Of a DNA stretch of 60,000 bases, positions 11,136-26,100 are shown in pieces (positions within the stretch are counted from its first letter, which is position 1; each line of letters starts with the position of its first letter). Location: NCBI RefSeq assembly GCF_037042905.1, contig NC_087251.1, positions 48,982,001-49,042,000 on the forward strand, given 5' to 3'. Below the pieces are notes generated by a model, which made no database searches, was not told where the DNA came from, and saw nothing but the letters and a program-made list of their open reading frames with translations. The translations under genes and the position numbers were made by a program. The DNA is from Lytechinus pictus. Its lineage: Eukaryota.

Positions 11136-14100
11136 ATGGATGATGCAGACTTGGAGAAACTTTCTGTCAAGCCCGGATCCCTTAGTCCAAAGTTCGAAAG
11201 AAACACGACAGAATACGCCGTGACTGTCGCGAGTGATGTGGGCAAACTGACCATCAGTTGCTTGACAAGTGACAGCAATGCAAGCTACCAAATTGTGGTG
11301 AGTAGAATAGAAAGGGATATCTTCCAGGAATATATACATAATCTCGAATGGGACCTGTTTCGTATTGAATCACAGAATCGAAACAATAAAGTGGAGTTCT
11401 GGTATGGTATATGGGCTTGAGTCGCTTCTGAAAGTGAAAATGAAGTGGGGAAGAGTTGTCCTATATTATTAGTGAGCACTTTTAGAAATGTATGTCCACA
11501 TAGTGAACTGGTACGAAATGACGTCATTTTTTGGCCTGCCATATGCCTCGCGTCCTCACACACGTCCACTTTCAAAATCGAGAACCTCGCCACATCCATT
11601 TTGCGGTTCTCCTAAATCATAGACGACGTGCACGTGAGTGACGTCATTTATTTTTATTTTTAACCGTTCAAGCCCAGCATGAAGATCAACCTTTCCCTTT
11701 TAAAACACAGTTTTCAGCGACTTTTCACAAAATTAATGTAAGTTGTACGATGCATTATGTTTATCATATTTGAAATTACTTTCTGATCTCCAAAATATAC
11801 ATCGAAATATATCCTAACTCGCGTAAAAAGGAATCAAAGCAAGTGAAAGGGCACATGTGCACAAGTTGCACCTTCGCATCACCCGACCGGGTCGCCAGGC
11901 GATGGTGCGCCAGATCTTCCGGGTCGGGCAGCGTGTCATGACCTGCTGGTTATCGCGCTGTTTCATGTGAGAAAAGTTCTCTCCTTTTACCCCAGTCTCG
12001 ATCGGCCATTTTGTTACAATTCATAACAAAAATGGCCGATCGAGACGGGGGTAGAAGGAGAGAACTTTTCGTTTTTTGAGGTTCCAGTCTGTGCCCAGAT
12101 GTCAGGAAACTGCCACTCGTTAGACCTTCATCCATATAATCGTGGTAAGTGCATAATTTCTGTTTTCACAATTCATTTGGAGAAATATTTAGACCATAAT
12201 TCACCCTAGTCCCGTGAGTATGGTAAAATACACGGTAAGCTCCTGGGCTCCGGCCCGCTGCGCGGGCCGGAGCTCCCTGGGTTAGCTATTGTGCAGCCAC
12301 CATTAGGGGATTAACAATGCAAAATCCCCTCCGACGGGGCACATTGATTTTTGTCTTTATTTCATGAAAATATATAAAAAGATTAAAAGAACTGTACCAA
12401 AATAAAGATTATCATTCCGTTTTGACTGAAATGCACCAAAACGGGGAAAAATAATCTTAAAAGGGGAAAAAAAAGTGACTTACTTCGGCTGTCGCGCAAC
12501 TTCACTATCCTGTTTTATCCAAACTTAATACATAAACATATGGCCATTGAGTCCCTGTACAGATAGAGCTAGAACTTCGGTCTCTGTATTTGGTGAGTGG
12601 AGCCAACAGAGACAGAGTTCAGCAGAACAACTAACATAACAGAGACCGAATCTTTTGGTCTAGTCTAGAGTTGTCCCTGCAGTGCGTTAGTGCAATGTAG
12701 TGTTACTGTTAGTCGTAAGTTCCTGAATCAAATCTGAGAAATTCATAATTTTGACCTAAGGCTTTAAGTCCCATATTGCACAAACAAAACTCAAATGGGG
12801 TTAAGTTTCAACCTAAGGCTTCCTTCAATAAATTTAGCCTAGTCTAGCTAGGATATAGACCTTATTCAGGCGCATATCCAGCATCATGCATCAGATCATA
12901 CAAAGCATTTCATGGGCCCCATTGTCTGCAGACAATATAGTGACATTGTGCGTGGGCCCATACGTTTCTTTGTCATAGTTGATGCTGGATACACTAGTGT
13001 AATAATGATAATGATAGTAATCGCTAGAGGGTATTAATGATATTAATTGGTAACAGTTTCTGCTTTTTGAAATATTTGTGAACTAGATCTAGGTCTTTTG
13101 TCAAAATTGTTTTTTCTTTTCTTTTTTCTTCTTATTTTTGGGGGTTGAAGGAGGTGTGTTAATAGTGATTTGGCTAGAGTAATGAAGGAATTTTTTTTTT
13201 TAAATATTGGTACAGATTTTAATAACTGATGCTTATCAAATAATTTTATTTGTATATTTTTTATTGCAGGGTGGGGATGGAGGGAGGACTGTTGATCTTG
13301 CAGAGCGTAAGACAACAACAATCAAGATTGATGTGTCTGCCGAAGATGGAACATCAAAGCTCTACATCATCCATGCCAAGAGACTCTCAGCCAAAGATGC
13401 TTCCCTGACCAATATCAAGATAGCAGATGGGTGCCTGGTTCCTGACTTCAGCCCTGATACACTCGCCTATTCATGTAAGAACTAGAACTTAGTGGCACAG
13501 GGGGCAGCCACCTCCTACTATTTTTTCAGGAATGTAGAAATTGAAAAAGATCGATCAGGAGAAAAAGGTGAAGGAAGAGGGGGAAAAAAGGAATAAGAAT
13601 TTAAAGGGGTCTAGGTCATGTTCTACAGAATACCACAATAATTCAATTGAGGTCATCTCCCCCCCCCCCCCCATCAAAATATCCTGATGCTGCCCCTGAA
13701 CATGCATTGCGAGAGGTTTGCCTGACAAATTATCAAGTATGCAGGTGCATTAAAGTATAATTGTTGATTTAACAGTAGGTTAATGAAATACTTCAATAGG
13801 TCCCAAAGAGAGAAACATCAATAAATAAATTTGAAATCTATGCAAGTTTATAATTAAGCTTTATATTATTTTCAACAGAACAAAATAAAATGGTTGTAAA
13901 TAATTACAATTGTAATTACAATTACAAAAAAAAAAGAAGTTGAAGATCACCACCATTGGGGGTTCTTAACCATGCAAAAAAGGGTCACTCGTGTGAGTCA
14001 AGTCAGGGGGGAGGGGCATGTGAACCTTTTGTCCTTCCATCCCCTGGATACCCACCTGCCATGATCTAAATAAATCTGCTCTTCAAACAGTGGACTCATA

Positions 14101-17100
14101 AATAAAATAGCGTGGATAACCATGGCAACAGGCATCAATTTGGCGCACTGTGACAAAAACGCGCATCAGCATTGGACATTTTTTAATATATGCGGTAAAT
14201 AAGCGTAATTTATACAGGAAATCTGCATATACCGTGGGTTCAACCGATGGTTTTAAAAACCACCTTTGTGAATATGGGCCATTATGTATGTAGGTGGAAA
14301 GGTGATGGAACTGACTGATAGCAAGACCAAGCACTGTGGTGTCAATTGTTTGCAGTCCATATATTTGTATCATTACCCAAACTCATGTTTAGATCATATT
14401 CTGTCATATTTTATTCATGAAATCTTTGCAGGCATTCTTCCTTACTCTGCCAGTGTACTGAAGGTCACTCCGACTGCTCCTGATAAAAAGAATGTAGTGA
14501 AGGTCAACGGTCAAGACCCGGGGTCAGAGGTCAACCTTCATGTTGGTGAGACAGCCATAGAGATTGAGGTCACATCTGCTGATGGGTCCAATAAACAGGT
14601 TACTCTTTACTCTTATGTTTATGTATACCATGAGAGAATTTCATAAATTGTGATTTTCACTGACAACTATAAGCTATTGAAATCCTTTTATCTGATTGGC
14701 TCAGACCAGCTTAGGTGATGAAAATCACTGACAAGTGGCTTCTTGAAATTCTCCCCATGTCTCACTTTAATTCATTCTCAAAATTCTTAATTCTCTCTGG
14801 ATTTATTCTTGAGAATGCGCTTCATTGTGAAATCTAGGTATTTGTATATGATACTTTTAATTATTTTTGTTGCTTTTTGTCTTTATTTTCCTTTTTTTGC
14901 ACATTATTATTATTTTGAAATTGCCATTGAAGGATGAGTAATTGTTAAATCACATATCATATTTCATGGTTTCCCCAAATCTTGTTTGCATTGTGTTGTT
15001 GAATTTTTTTTTCAGACGTACACTGTGAATGCCACAAAAAGATGGCTGGGACGTGCAGTACAGTTTGCCAATAGCAAAAATGCTATGAAGTATGAATGCC
15101 CTATCACCATCAGTCCATTTTATAAGCCATGCAGTATCAAAGGTAGTTCTCATTGCTCTTGAGAATTTTTTTTTCTTTTAGATTGCACAAATGATTTTCA
15201 ATAAATTTTAATCCTTCTTTGTATACAAATGAGTTAGCATTTATTTTTCTTTTACCATATTGCAATTGCCTAATTTCTTTTGAGAAATGTAATGATTACC
15301 TATCAAACACCTGTTTCATATTTTGGAATTTAGTAAATTGTTACAAAGAAAGTGTATTTTATCATTTGGGAATTTTCATAATTCATTGATTTACTTTGTT
15401 TCTTGTGTTTGCTACATAATATACATGTTTCTAGTAATTGTTAGTACAGCACACACATTAAAGTAACATTGAGAATATGTTCTTATGATTATAGCTAAAA
15501 TAAACAAATTTTAGTTCAGGTTAGTTGGGAAGTTAATTGATATTTTGTATGCATTGCTTATCTGTTTGCATGTTTTCTATATCACATATTTCTACATAAT
15601 TTCATACTTGAACAAAACCTCTTTGATACTTCCATGACTGAGCAAAAAAAGAGCAAATTTTCTTTAAGGTCACATACATTTTTTTTATTGTGAGTTTATA
15701 GTATGAATCATTCTGCAAGACAATTTTGGCTATAATACCTAATATGCCCAGTAATCCACAAATTAGGAGGAAACCGTAGGATGAAAGTGGAGGTATTCTA
15801 TAGAGAGAAGGTATAAAGCCTGTAGTCAATATTGTTCGTTGTACAAGCATCAGATCAGGGGCCCGTTGCAGAAAGAGTTGCGTTTAAACGCAAGCCAAAA
15901 AATCAATCGCAAGTCCCAAATGCGCGCTGTTGATTGGTTGAAAATCAAGTTGCGCATGATTTTTAGAGTTGCGATCGATTGCAACTCTTTCTGCAACAGG
16001 CCCCTGAGCTGTATGCTGTACTGATCTGGCAATGATTCAAATCCCACTCTTGTTATATGATTTTTTTTTTTTCAGTTATAAATTACAATAACATTTAGAC
16101 CATTGAAACTGGTATTGAATTACAGAATTTCGACAATAAAAACAAGACACTTGATTGTTGAGCATGATAAAAAATTAAGCCACATTTTTATCTCTCCAAA
16201 GGTTCTGACCCAAAGCATGTATTCAGTGAACCAATCATTGATGAGCTGACAAGAACATCAAAGGTAGATCCATTGGATGGGACACCCCTCGAGAATGAAT
16301 GGAAGGTTCCAGAGGGAGGCATTGAGAAGGACTTGTCTAGTGCTACAGTATGTTGTATCTACTGCTATACAGGTAAGGTACATTCTTTGTTGAGGGGTGT
16401 CTGAAAATCAAGTAAAACTTATATTAATACTTTGATAGGGAACAATAATTGCAAAAGAGAATTTAGCTTGGGATGTAGTGATTTCAAGTTCAGCAAGGAG
16501 GTGATTTAATGGTGATTATGAAATTACAACTATAAAAACTTATTGAGAAATTTTACATTTTTATTCTAAATATATTTCTTGTGGTTTGGTATGATTATTA
16601 TATATGATATTTGCTGAATAAAATAGAAAACAGCTATTAGTATATCCAACCAATGAAATACGTAAAATTAACTCAAAACGTTATTTGAAGACAGCTACCA
16701 AGAGCTGTGTTTATGAGAATGTTGGCAAGTTAGTGACCTCATATTGAACCTCCTAACTGTTGCAGATAACTCTGTCAAGGCAAAAGAAAGTTGCCATGTA
16801 TGTAGCTTTAAACTAGAGCTTTTGCTAAGCTGTCCTAAATAATTCAAATTTTGAAATACAAGGTGTGAAAGCCCATCTTTGATCCTTTAATCATTATACT
16901 GATATCATAGGATGTGAAGAGAAGATGAAGTACAGTACTCTAGGGACTCATATAAAGACATGTGGGAAGAGACCTAAGATTGATGCAGAACCAGAGGTAA
17001 TACTGACATGGCCTTCATTTTGTTTATTTGTTTTGTTTTCATTTTCGTTTGTTATCTTTTTTTTTTTTTTTTTTTTTTTGCTCTACTGTAAAGTGCATAC

Positions 17101-20100
17101 CACTTAAGTAATTGATATCTAAACAATAAATCTGGCAAATGAATTGTAATTGATAATTTTACTCAATAATTAATGATAATAATCAAGTGATATTATCCAG
17201 TCACTTTTCAAACTTGTTCCACTCAAAAATATAAACATGGCCTATCTCTACTATTCAAGGGTGTATATTGATTCATTGATCAAGAACAATTGAACTCTTG
17301 TTTGAAATATAGTTTTAATTACTTACATGTAACTCCCAAAAAGTCTAAGTAGTGTGCGTGTACCTTATCGTAAATAATGCTATCCTTTTTTTTCTAAATC
17401 TACGATGATAATCTTAAACTTTTTATGACAGTAGAACAGTGATAATGTAGAAATTATTGATTATAGTGTAGTGATACATCAGTCAATAATATCACAGACC
17501 ATGTCATGAAGAAGAGTAGGAGATGAACATGAGGTACAGTCAGCTTTTAACTTCACGCTGTCCTAACTAGAAATTAAGTTTTGGATAAAAGTGCATGTTG
17601 CACAAGATTTGCAGTGATAAAGACTTTTATTGAAATTCACGTGCATAAGTTTTTGTATCAGTATCATAAATGTATTGAATACATATAAAATGAGGGTATG
17701 TAATGAACCCAATTCTTCCATATTTTTTTTATCTAACTCACTGCAGCTTTTATTGACACATTTTGTTGCAGATATACACTGTATTATTATGTGTATTCAA
17801 ATGTAAATTTATTTCATTCACTAGATTATATTGACATGTGTAGCGTATAAATATATCTTTATTTATTATCATTATTTTCTAGAATGCTGAGACTTGTAAA
17901 GAATGCAGTCGCAAACGCCCCAAAGATGAAATGGACTGGCACATGGCCAACATGTGTACCAGCAAACACACCAGTAGGGAGCTCAAACATTCCATAAAGG
18001 TAAGCAGTTCATGTCAAAGACTCTCTTGACTGAGATCGTGGTGGTGCTTTTCAGCTATTTATTCTTCCGATGTTAGGAAATACATGAGGCTAACGGATGA
18101 TTTTGCCCCCATGACAGCAAAAACTGCCCCGAAATTTGCAAAGTAGAATGCTTTAGGGACACCATCATTTCTAAATTTGTCCCAAGATCTGTCCCCAAAA
18201 AAAGTATCTCTTGAAATGGAAGAAATAGCTCGAAAAATTCAGTGGTCATCCCAACCTGTCAAAATAAAATTGCCCCTAAAAAAATTGAAAAATATTTCCT
18301 ACGCTGTGTATTATTTTTATCCTAATGTAAAAATCAACCCAACACCAAGATTTAAATCACCACTTGTAATCTTCAGAGTTTAGCAGAGTATTAAATCTCT
18401 CTTAGAAAACAATATTTGTTATAAAGTAAATAAACTGACAATTGCAATTTCTCTGTGATGAATGTGCCAGATTAAAACCTTTGAGTGTAATTTGCTTTAC
18501 AATATTTGATATATTGCAGAGCCATGACTGGGAGAAAAAGTTACAAGTTTCTGAAGAATCTGGAAGTGCAGATCAGCTAATGTCAAAGGCCAAAGATATC
18601 ATCAAGAAATACAGAATTGCTCTGCCAAAGAAAGGTATAGTATTATGATGATTAGTTATGATTTAAATTGCCAAATAAATGAATCAATAGAGGAGTTCGT
18701 TGTTTAGTGATGTGAATGCTCATCTCAGATGAAAGTCCTTTTGCTGTAAACAAATACAATTCTGTGAATCAGTCACCGACATGGTTTACATAATAAGCAA
18801 CATGCTCCATGAAAATGGCATTGTCAAGGAGGGGTCAAGGTTAAATCATTTTATGCGATACATCGCACCTTTTTTATATACGGTAATTATGCAAAATATA
18901 TGTGCACTCGTACAGTCGGTCTGGAGTCAGAATCGCTGGTCTGAGTATAGTATTAGGGACACTGCATGACTTGTGACACCAAGTTTTCATAGTTGTGGTC
19001 AAAAGAAGACATGTGTGGTTCATGAAAAAGCATAATTGATTGTAATTGTTAGAAGAGGACCTCTCAGAACTTATTAATCATTTTGATTGCTATAGTTATT
19101 ATGTTCTTCACTACATCTTTATTCAGGTCAGTCATCACGTTTTGAGGAAGGCGGATCCCCGTTGGACCTGCTGCACTTGGCTGCTGTGAACCTGGCATGC
19201 GGCATCAAGCAGAAACCTAAACAAGCTGACCTCCATTTTACATTGGGCCTGGTCCTGGAAGAGACGTACTATGCACAGGACATGTATGGACTCAAGAAGG
19301 ATGTAAGTCACCATTCTAATGCTGTGTTGTAACATGATATCTGCAATCAATTGCAAATTCCTGTGGAAAATTTATAACTGATAGATCAATATCAAATAGA
19401 GTAAAGTAATTTGAACTTCTTGTTTAAAAAAACAGACAGGCAATTGAGTGCAAATTTGCAATTAATTTTAAGACTTCTTATTAATTTTTGGACTCAAAAT
19501 TGACTTGCTATTCATTACAAGTTCATATGATTTTCAACTAAAAAGCAAATGAACTTTTTGATTGTTGTTTTGTTGTATTTGTTTATCAAATTCAGAATCA
19601 GAAAAGTAGTATTTACAGATTAGATATAAAATTTCTGAAATTACACAAAGCTGCTTCTCTTTTGAGACATAATAACCTTGAGTGAATTATCCTAAATCCT
19701 AAACAGAATAAGAAAAAGCATTGATCAAGTAAAATAGGAGATACCATCTGTTTAAAGGCAGTTTTCATGGGGAATTCGACACAATTTGGATGCTTAACCT
19801 TAGTAGTCTGATGCCAATCACCTAGGGTGGCACACAATTAATGACCAGTGGATGTGATCTAGTGCCACTGGAAATTCCATCCATTGCCTAATAGTGAAGT
19901 CACCAGCTCACCTTCCCTGGCCTGAGAGTTGTCAGACTGAGGCTTAGCAGACTTGGCCAAACAATTTCTCCCTGCTACTTTGAGTGTGTTTAAATCCCCC
20001 AAAAGTCTCTATTTCACTTATTTCCAGTTCTTTTTAACGGTTGTCAGCAAATAATTATCCACTCCCCATTAAAGCTGATACCCATATTTTTCAATTGTGT

Positions 20101-23100
20101 CTGACCAAACCTGACACTCCAGACCCTGAGCCTATATGGTCTTGAGTTGACACTACTCCCACAACTCCTAGATATTACGACTTTGAGTTATCATTTGTTT
20201 ATAAAATATGAATGACTTAATATCCTTGACCTTTTGACCCCGAGGATGATGACCTTGATGACAGCATGGCAACCCTGTCCCTCGGCCTGAGCACCAAGTC
20301 AAAGGACAGTAGCAAGGAGGATGATATCCAGGCCATATGTCAGCAGAGAGGAGCAGGAGCCAACGCCTCTCTTTCCCGACAGCTTCAGGCCATCGACGAG
20401 GAGTACAAGCACCTGCTCAACAGCGGTCAGTCACAAAAGGCTGACTATGTCCAGGAACTGTATCTGTTCAAGTCCAAGCAGGCTACTCAGGTATGGTGTA
20501 TGAGTCAAGAGGGTTACACTCATTTAGCTGTGTAGTATATACTTACGTCAGGATACTGCCCATCTTCTGTAAGAGGGATCAAACAGGCAGGGTAGGGTGG
20601 TCTGATGATTGATGTTTATAACTGGGAGGTGAGAGGCATTGCTTACGGTTAATATTGGTTAGGTACTTTTTGACTGTTGCTTGAATTTTTCTTTGTCGAG
20701 AATTGATTTGATCAAGCTTGGGTAAGTTGTTCCAGTCAACATCAGAACAGGATATACATTTACAAGAAAATTTACAACAAGTTTTGTTTACAAGCAGAAT
20801 TAATCTAGTAGAAATTGATGTGTTAAGCAGGTTTCCTTTTGTATTGGGTGCAATACGGGGGGGGGGGGGCACTCAGTATATAATGAATAGTGGGTATGTG
20901 CCGCGGAGGGGACCCCCATTTTTACACTCAAATTTCCGTTCCAAGGCATAGCATTTTTGTCTTATTGAGAAAAAAAAAAAAAGATATCCGCTCCAAAACT
21001 TCGCATATTTTCCGTTACGCCGTTCCGGTCGCATTGATCTGCTACGATGAGCCACAATTTTGGTGAAAAGCGGCCGGAGAGCGCTGTCCGACCATCGCCT
21101 CTGCGCTAGCGCAGCCGGCGCCCATGCACCGTGCTAGCTACATGCATGTATGCCCGTTCCATTGGGATATCGATGCACACGCAGGCGACCCGTTCCAAGG
21201 ACCCCCGTTTTCACAAACATTTGTAGTTCCGAAGCCCGTTCCGAGGACCTCCTTTTTACAATACGCCTGCTTCAAGGCCCCCGTTTTTTGTCTCACCCGC
21301 GGCACACCCCTACCACTTTTTTGGTCGAGTGCCCCCCCCCCGGTGCAATATACCAGAAGTGAGATCAAATAAGACCTTTTATAAGTGCAAATTGTAAAAC
21401 ACTTGGATCATAAATGTCAATGTTTTGAGGGCAAGGCCACTTTCCCAGAAGGAACATCACTGTATTGCAGGAAAAATATAAAAAGATGCAATACAGATCT
21501 CCAAGGCCCATGACAGGGGTATCAGAGTGAGTCAATAGGGTATGAATGGAAATGGCCTTTGATTAATATAAGCCCTGTTTAACTCGATTAAGCAAGTTGC
21601 AGCATGATTATAAGTCTAGGCATTAAAAGAAGGTATCATACAATGTGTTCAAAGACATGGGATTGATGGACTCCGATGAACTATTGAAAAGCATGCTGGT
21701 TTAATTCAACAATTATGAGAACTTTATCATGTAGTTGCACATTGATTTTGCCAAGTGTGTAATTGCTCTAAGAAAAGATTTGGCACATTTTCAATCCAAT
21801 CCAATCTTTATATTTCAGGGTGGAAAGACATCTCAGGCAGCATCCGATGAAAGCAACCCGCTAGGTCAGGCATGCGTCAAGTTCATGGATGCCCTGTTCT
21901 TGGAGCAGAATAATGTTATGTACAACATCCATGTGGGAAGGCTACTACTGCTTCAGGACAAAGTGGAAGATGCCCTTGTTAGGTTGCAGCATGCAGTAGG
22001 CCTCAAACCATTCCTACCCATTGCTAGGTAGGTTGGTTCTTAGTCACTTGGTCCACAAGCGGTTTGTCTACTTCTCAGATAGTCTTAAACAATTTGGGCT
22101 AAACCCATTTCGTCTATTATCAAATTGGTCTAATTGCCATTTGCCCTAGGTACATTACACTTGGTCCAATAGGATACTGAGAATGAGACTATTAGACAAA
22201 ATGGGTATAACCTAACAGTGTTTATCTTCATCATCTTGAAGCAGCACTTACACTGGAAGAAGAAGAAGGAAATTCAGCAATATGGTTTTTGGGTTAAATG
22301 GTGTTGAGACAGAAAGTTTAGTAAACAAAGTGGTTTTAGACCAAGTGGTTATTTATCAGAAGGTCCAGGTATTTGGCAAATAATACCCTAGACAGCTGGC
22401 AGCCGTCTGTTTAGAGGAGTTTTTTAACATTTTTTTTGTTTTTTTAATTTCTCCTCATACACAGACGGCTCGCTATCGTGCAGCCACCATTAGGGGACTT
22501 ACAATGCAAAATCCCCCCGTCGGGGCTCTTCAATTTTTGTCTTTAATGAATCAAACATTTGAAAATTAACGCGACCGAAATGCAAATTAATATTCCCTCT
22601 TTGGCATTAATTGCCAAAAAACGGGGAAAATCAAGTTAAAAGGGACAAAAACAGTGACTTACCTCGGCTGTCGCGCAACTTCACTGCCCTGTTTTATCCG
22701 AACTTAATTCACATAAACATATGGCCATTGAGTCCCCTGTACAGATCGCGCTAGAACTTCGGTCTCTGTTTTGGTGAGTGAAGCCAACGGAGTTCAGCTG
22801 AACAACCAACATAACAGAGACCGAAGCTTTTGGTCTAATAATACCCATGACCTTATCAAACTTGGGCTTTATTGACTTTTTGTGTGTAGGATGTTTGCTT
22901 TGAACTTGTCAAGTGAAGCTATCAACAATTACCGTATATATTTCATTAAATTTACATTTCATTTTATATTATTAGGTTTTTTTCATATCCTTGTAATTTT
23001 AAATCTTGTACTTAAACATTCATATTTCTATAAAGGTTTGAATTGTGGTAATTGTAATTGATGAAAATACTTGACATTGGCCTGCAATAACCTCAGTTCA

Positions 23101-26100
23101 GTAGGGCAAAGACCACATGGAATATCCTTATATGATTTGACCATTTGATTCCATTGTGCTCCACATATATTTTAAAACAAAATGGTCATGTCAAGTGAAT
23201 GGAGTTTGTTAATAAATTCAAATTCATACTAGATTCTACCTTGGCTTAGCATTGGTCCAGCAGAAGAATGGTCCTGGAGCCAGGAATAAAGAAACCACTA
23301 CCTACCTGCATGATGGCATCCAGTACCTGCTAGAGCTCACAACCAAACAGGCTGAAACAGTGGAGAACAGGTGAGTGGGTATTTGACAACATGACTGATG
23401 CATAGCAACGGATTGTTATGGAAAATTAGTATTTGTAATAAAAATATGACAGAAATTCAAAAGTGCATCCCAAAAAGTATGAATTTCAGAGCTGAAGAAG
23501 AGGAAAAGAAATAAGAGTGGGCAAATTCGTTATTTCATAAGAACATAAGTGATATCATATGCATATGTAAACACATTTTCAAGTGCTGAATTGCACAATG
23601 TAGTGCTTGATATTTAAATCTATGTTCTATAGCTGAGGTTCAGAGTGAACCTCCCTGGGAGTTTTGGCAGTTGGTGACAGTGGAATGACAGATTAATAAA
23701 AATCAAATATCATTAATTGAGAAAATGAAATTTTTTGATGGAAAATATTATTTTTGGTAATGCAGCATACTAGTTAATTTGCTCTTTCAATGGTTAATTG
23801 GTAACTCTACTAATGGACATGTTCAAGAATGTTGGATAGATCAAGGTGGGAGAAATGGCTCAGAATTTCAGAATCCAAATTTTTGATAATGGTAAATTAC
23901 TCCTTTATACCTTTCGAGCTTCACATTGTTCTGGAAACAACCTGTATCATTGGCAAACTGTTGCTTCTTTCTTTTGCCTTCTGTTTCAGTTCCTCATGTG
24001 ACCTTCACTCAGAGGACCTATGGAGGACTTCTAGCGGCCAGCTTCTCAAGGGATGTATAGAACTAGGAAAGCTACTCAAGAAGACACCTATATCGGGGTT
24101 CCTCGGTGCTGCCGATGTCTTTCACAGGTGAGGATGAGATACGAGTGCAAGATCTTTTCTTAAGCATATCGTTAACAAAGGTAGTTTGATTGGTCAGCGT
24201 AGGTACTTGATATTACCTCCTTACACAGCAGAATTCCGCAGCTGTACAGGATTTTGGTTTATATTTTTGGCACATTTAACAGTTCCATGACATATGCTCC
24301 AGCTACAATTAACAGTACCCTAAACCTAACATAAAAAACCCTATGCAACCCTAACCCTACATCTTAGTAAAGCCTGGAGTAATTGTCGCAGGAGCAAATG
24401 TCGTGTCACCCATGAAACATGTTTAGACATGTTCAGAGAAGCAATAACAACAAATTTAAAATATTAGATGAATTTCATAATTTTGTAAAGAGGCAGGCAT
24501 AAAACTCACTTGTGTATTTAATCTTTGTCTGTATGTTGTCGAAGAGAAGACATGATGAATTCCTAAGTACTTCAGTAAACTTTGACTTTGATTATAATCG
24601 ATATGAACTTGGTGTTATGACCCATCTTCTATATCAAGTTAGACAAACATAAGAAGATGATAAACTCATGCATTACAAGGGGAATCACCAGTTGTATGAT
24701 CCCCCTAAAAAACATGCTGTATTTTTATTACAGTGCTGCCATTTTGGCAGGGCAGAACCTATGCACGCTGCCCTCTAGAGGCGACACCTACCAGTCAATG
24801 GAGTGGGTACTCCTTGACGTTCATGCCATCCTGCTAGAGATGCTGATGGAGAAAGATGCAGGGAATACCCCTTGGATTGCTCAACGATGTCAGCGTCTCT
24901 CTTCACTCATCAACTGCTCTACCATCCCACAGAGTCAACAGGTTCTCAAACTTCAGGAACAGGTAAGGACCAAATCAATTCCAGAAATCAAGGTTTTATT
25001 TTATCAATAGGTCACCTCTGTATATATAGAACCTCCATTTTTCAAAAAAAATTTAAGTCGGGAAAATATATAACAATGATCTATAGGAAAATCTATTCAG
25101 ATCCCTGGCAGAGGACCCGACCTATAGGTACCTAATTTACTTTGTTATGGAATAACAATGGCTTGTATGATAGCAGTAGTGAATGATCTGAATTTCTTTA
25201 CAACATACTTGTAATGCAGAGCTTCCAAGTCTCCCGGATCCTGCGGGAGAATACTGGATTTCGATCCAATCTCCCGTTCTCCCGACCCCATGCCAAAATC
25301 TCCCGGATAATCGTGATTTTTAGCTGTTAAATTGTAAAATTCATACAAACGACTGTTTTACGAGTCTAGCATGTTCAACTCTCTTTACACCCACGTGGAA
25401 CCTCCTTATCACATTTTCATTTTACCCAGTAGCTTTTACCAGTTTTTGTATAATCGTACATTGATTTCCAATGTAAATGAAGATAATTTTACCGAACGAC
25501 TGGTGAATTAGTCTAACAAGCAATTTTTTTCTGGTTCTGCAATGTGTGTGATGGAAACACTTCAGCGGCACTCCATGCACATGCCCCCCGACGCGTCCCG
25601 GCGCGGCCCTGCCTGGTCTCCAGCAGACCGCGCCGCGGCAGGAGGCTATGCGAGAAGGGAAGTCCACGAGCACTGCGATGCATTTTTCGGAAGCTTGTGT
25701 GCGCTTTATTTGAGCTGAAACTGTGGATCAACGATGGGTTACTACACTACTCAAAAAAAGTTAAGGACCACTTTTTAAAACGTACATAAAGATTTTATAC
25801 AAGGTGTTTTATTTCTGGAAATACCTCAGTACAACTGTCCTAAATGTCCTTAAACACGCTGTAATCAATTTCACGCATGGGTGGTTTCAGTTGTTGCACA
25901 ATGTCTCTCGCATCACTGCACATCCTGAAAAGTGGGCCCCGAGGGGTATCAGCTACCGACATGAAGTGGTAAAAACGAATGTCTGAGTGTCTTTCAGGCA
26001 GTTCAGTAACGAGTGTGACCACCTCCTGCAGCAATAACGGCTTCACAGCGCTGTCTCATGGAGCTGATGAGGCGATTGATGTCTCTGACGTCCAGTGCAT

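Noticed and set aside
14116..14131. RFX X-box-like GATAACCATGGCAAC as evidence of a ciliary gene
   Set aside because: Only one good half-site, intronic, and apparently inside a degenerate MITE.
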